DNA of 64,000 nucleotides from Verrucomicrobiia bacterium (GTDB lineage: Bacteria > Verrucomicrobiota > Verrucomicrobiia > Limisphaerales > JADLHS01), in NCBI GenBank assembly GCA_026125285.1, contig JAHCLO010000003.1:40661-104660 (forward strand), written 5' to 3'. Below, piece by piece: positions 63,739-64,000 of this stretch. Position numbers and translations under genes: made by a program. Each line of letters begins with the position of its first letter. The first letter of the stretch is position 1. The notes below the pieces were generated by a model, which did not search any database, was not told the origin of the DNA, and saw nothing but the letters and a program-made list of their open reading frames with translations.

Positions 63739-64000
63739 ATGGCCACTCTGCCCCAACTCCTCGAGGAAGACATCCGCTTGCTCGACGATGTGCTGCGCGA
63801 GTTCCTGCGGCACAGCGATGCCCTGACCGCCCTGCTCATTGACAAGGGCGGGTTCCTTATCACGCATCAGGGCGATTCCCGCCAATTCGACCTCACCACC
63901 ATTGGCGCCCTGGCCTCCGGCGCTTTCCTGGCCAATCAGACCATCGCCAGTCTCGTCAACGAGGAAAGTTTCGACAGCGTTTATCAGCAGGGTGAAACCG
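63739..64000 (+). CDS. mglB: MglB-type roadblock/LC7 protein (partial, runs off window)
   Basis: Not in ORF track; own translation MATLPQLLEEDIRLLDDVLREFLRHSDALTALLIDKGGFLITHQGDSRQFDLTTIGALASGAFLANQTIASLVNEESFDSVYQQGET..., collinear with MglB (...VFLVDKNGQLISSAGQTQNIDTTSLASLTAGNVAA...); ATG 1 nt after mglA stop. Confidence 0.8.
   Translation, partial: MATLPQLLEEDIRLLDDVLREFLRHSDALTALLIDKGGFLITHQGDSRQFDLTTIGALASGAFLANQTIASLVNEESFDSVYQQGET

Overview
GC-rich bacterial chromosomal window. The gene content suggests a PVC-group organism (Verrucomicrobiota/Planctomycetota-like), which is inference only: ECF sigma plus Ser/Thr-kinase-TPR pairs, BspA-type LRR and Calx-beta surface proteins, TAT-exported Gfo/Idh/MocA oxidoreductase, CA-rich leaders. 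About 55 protein genes are supportable.

- **Housekeeping:** argB, argD, argF, queE, rsmA, clpP-clpX, yajQ, coaD, yceD-rpmF-plsX-fabH, plsC, uppP.
- **Envelope/export:** an MMPL/RND exporter + LolA-like + beta-barrel trio; an O-antigen-ligase/TPR protein preceded by a DUF5989 micro-ORF (below the ORF-track cutoff); a discoidin-GT39-serine hydrolase operon; heparinase II/III.
- **Signalling:** two ECF-sigma/Ser-Thr-kinase-TPR modules; FecR + CHASE2 nucleotide cyclase; a cNMP-binding::acylating aldehyde dehydrogenase fusion at the left edge (absent from the ORF track).
- **Best candidate for an undescribed system:** an MglA/MglB small-GTPase cluster at the right edge, with several extra roadblock-like domains, a REC-PATAN regulator and a proline-rich repeat protein.
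- **Mobile DNA:** an IS630-family element precisely splitting a 929-aa LRR gene at a TA; a scar region with an ISL3 transposase fragment, a group II intron 3' remnant (maturase tail + domain V) and a truncated ECF sigma gene.
- **Repeats in genes:** several housekeeping genes carry in-frame palindromic or heptamer repeat insertions.

No rRNA, tRNA or CRISPR array was recognised. All calls come from reading the sequence and ORF translations; no database search or folding program was run.
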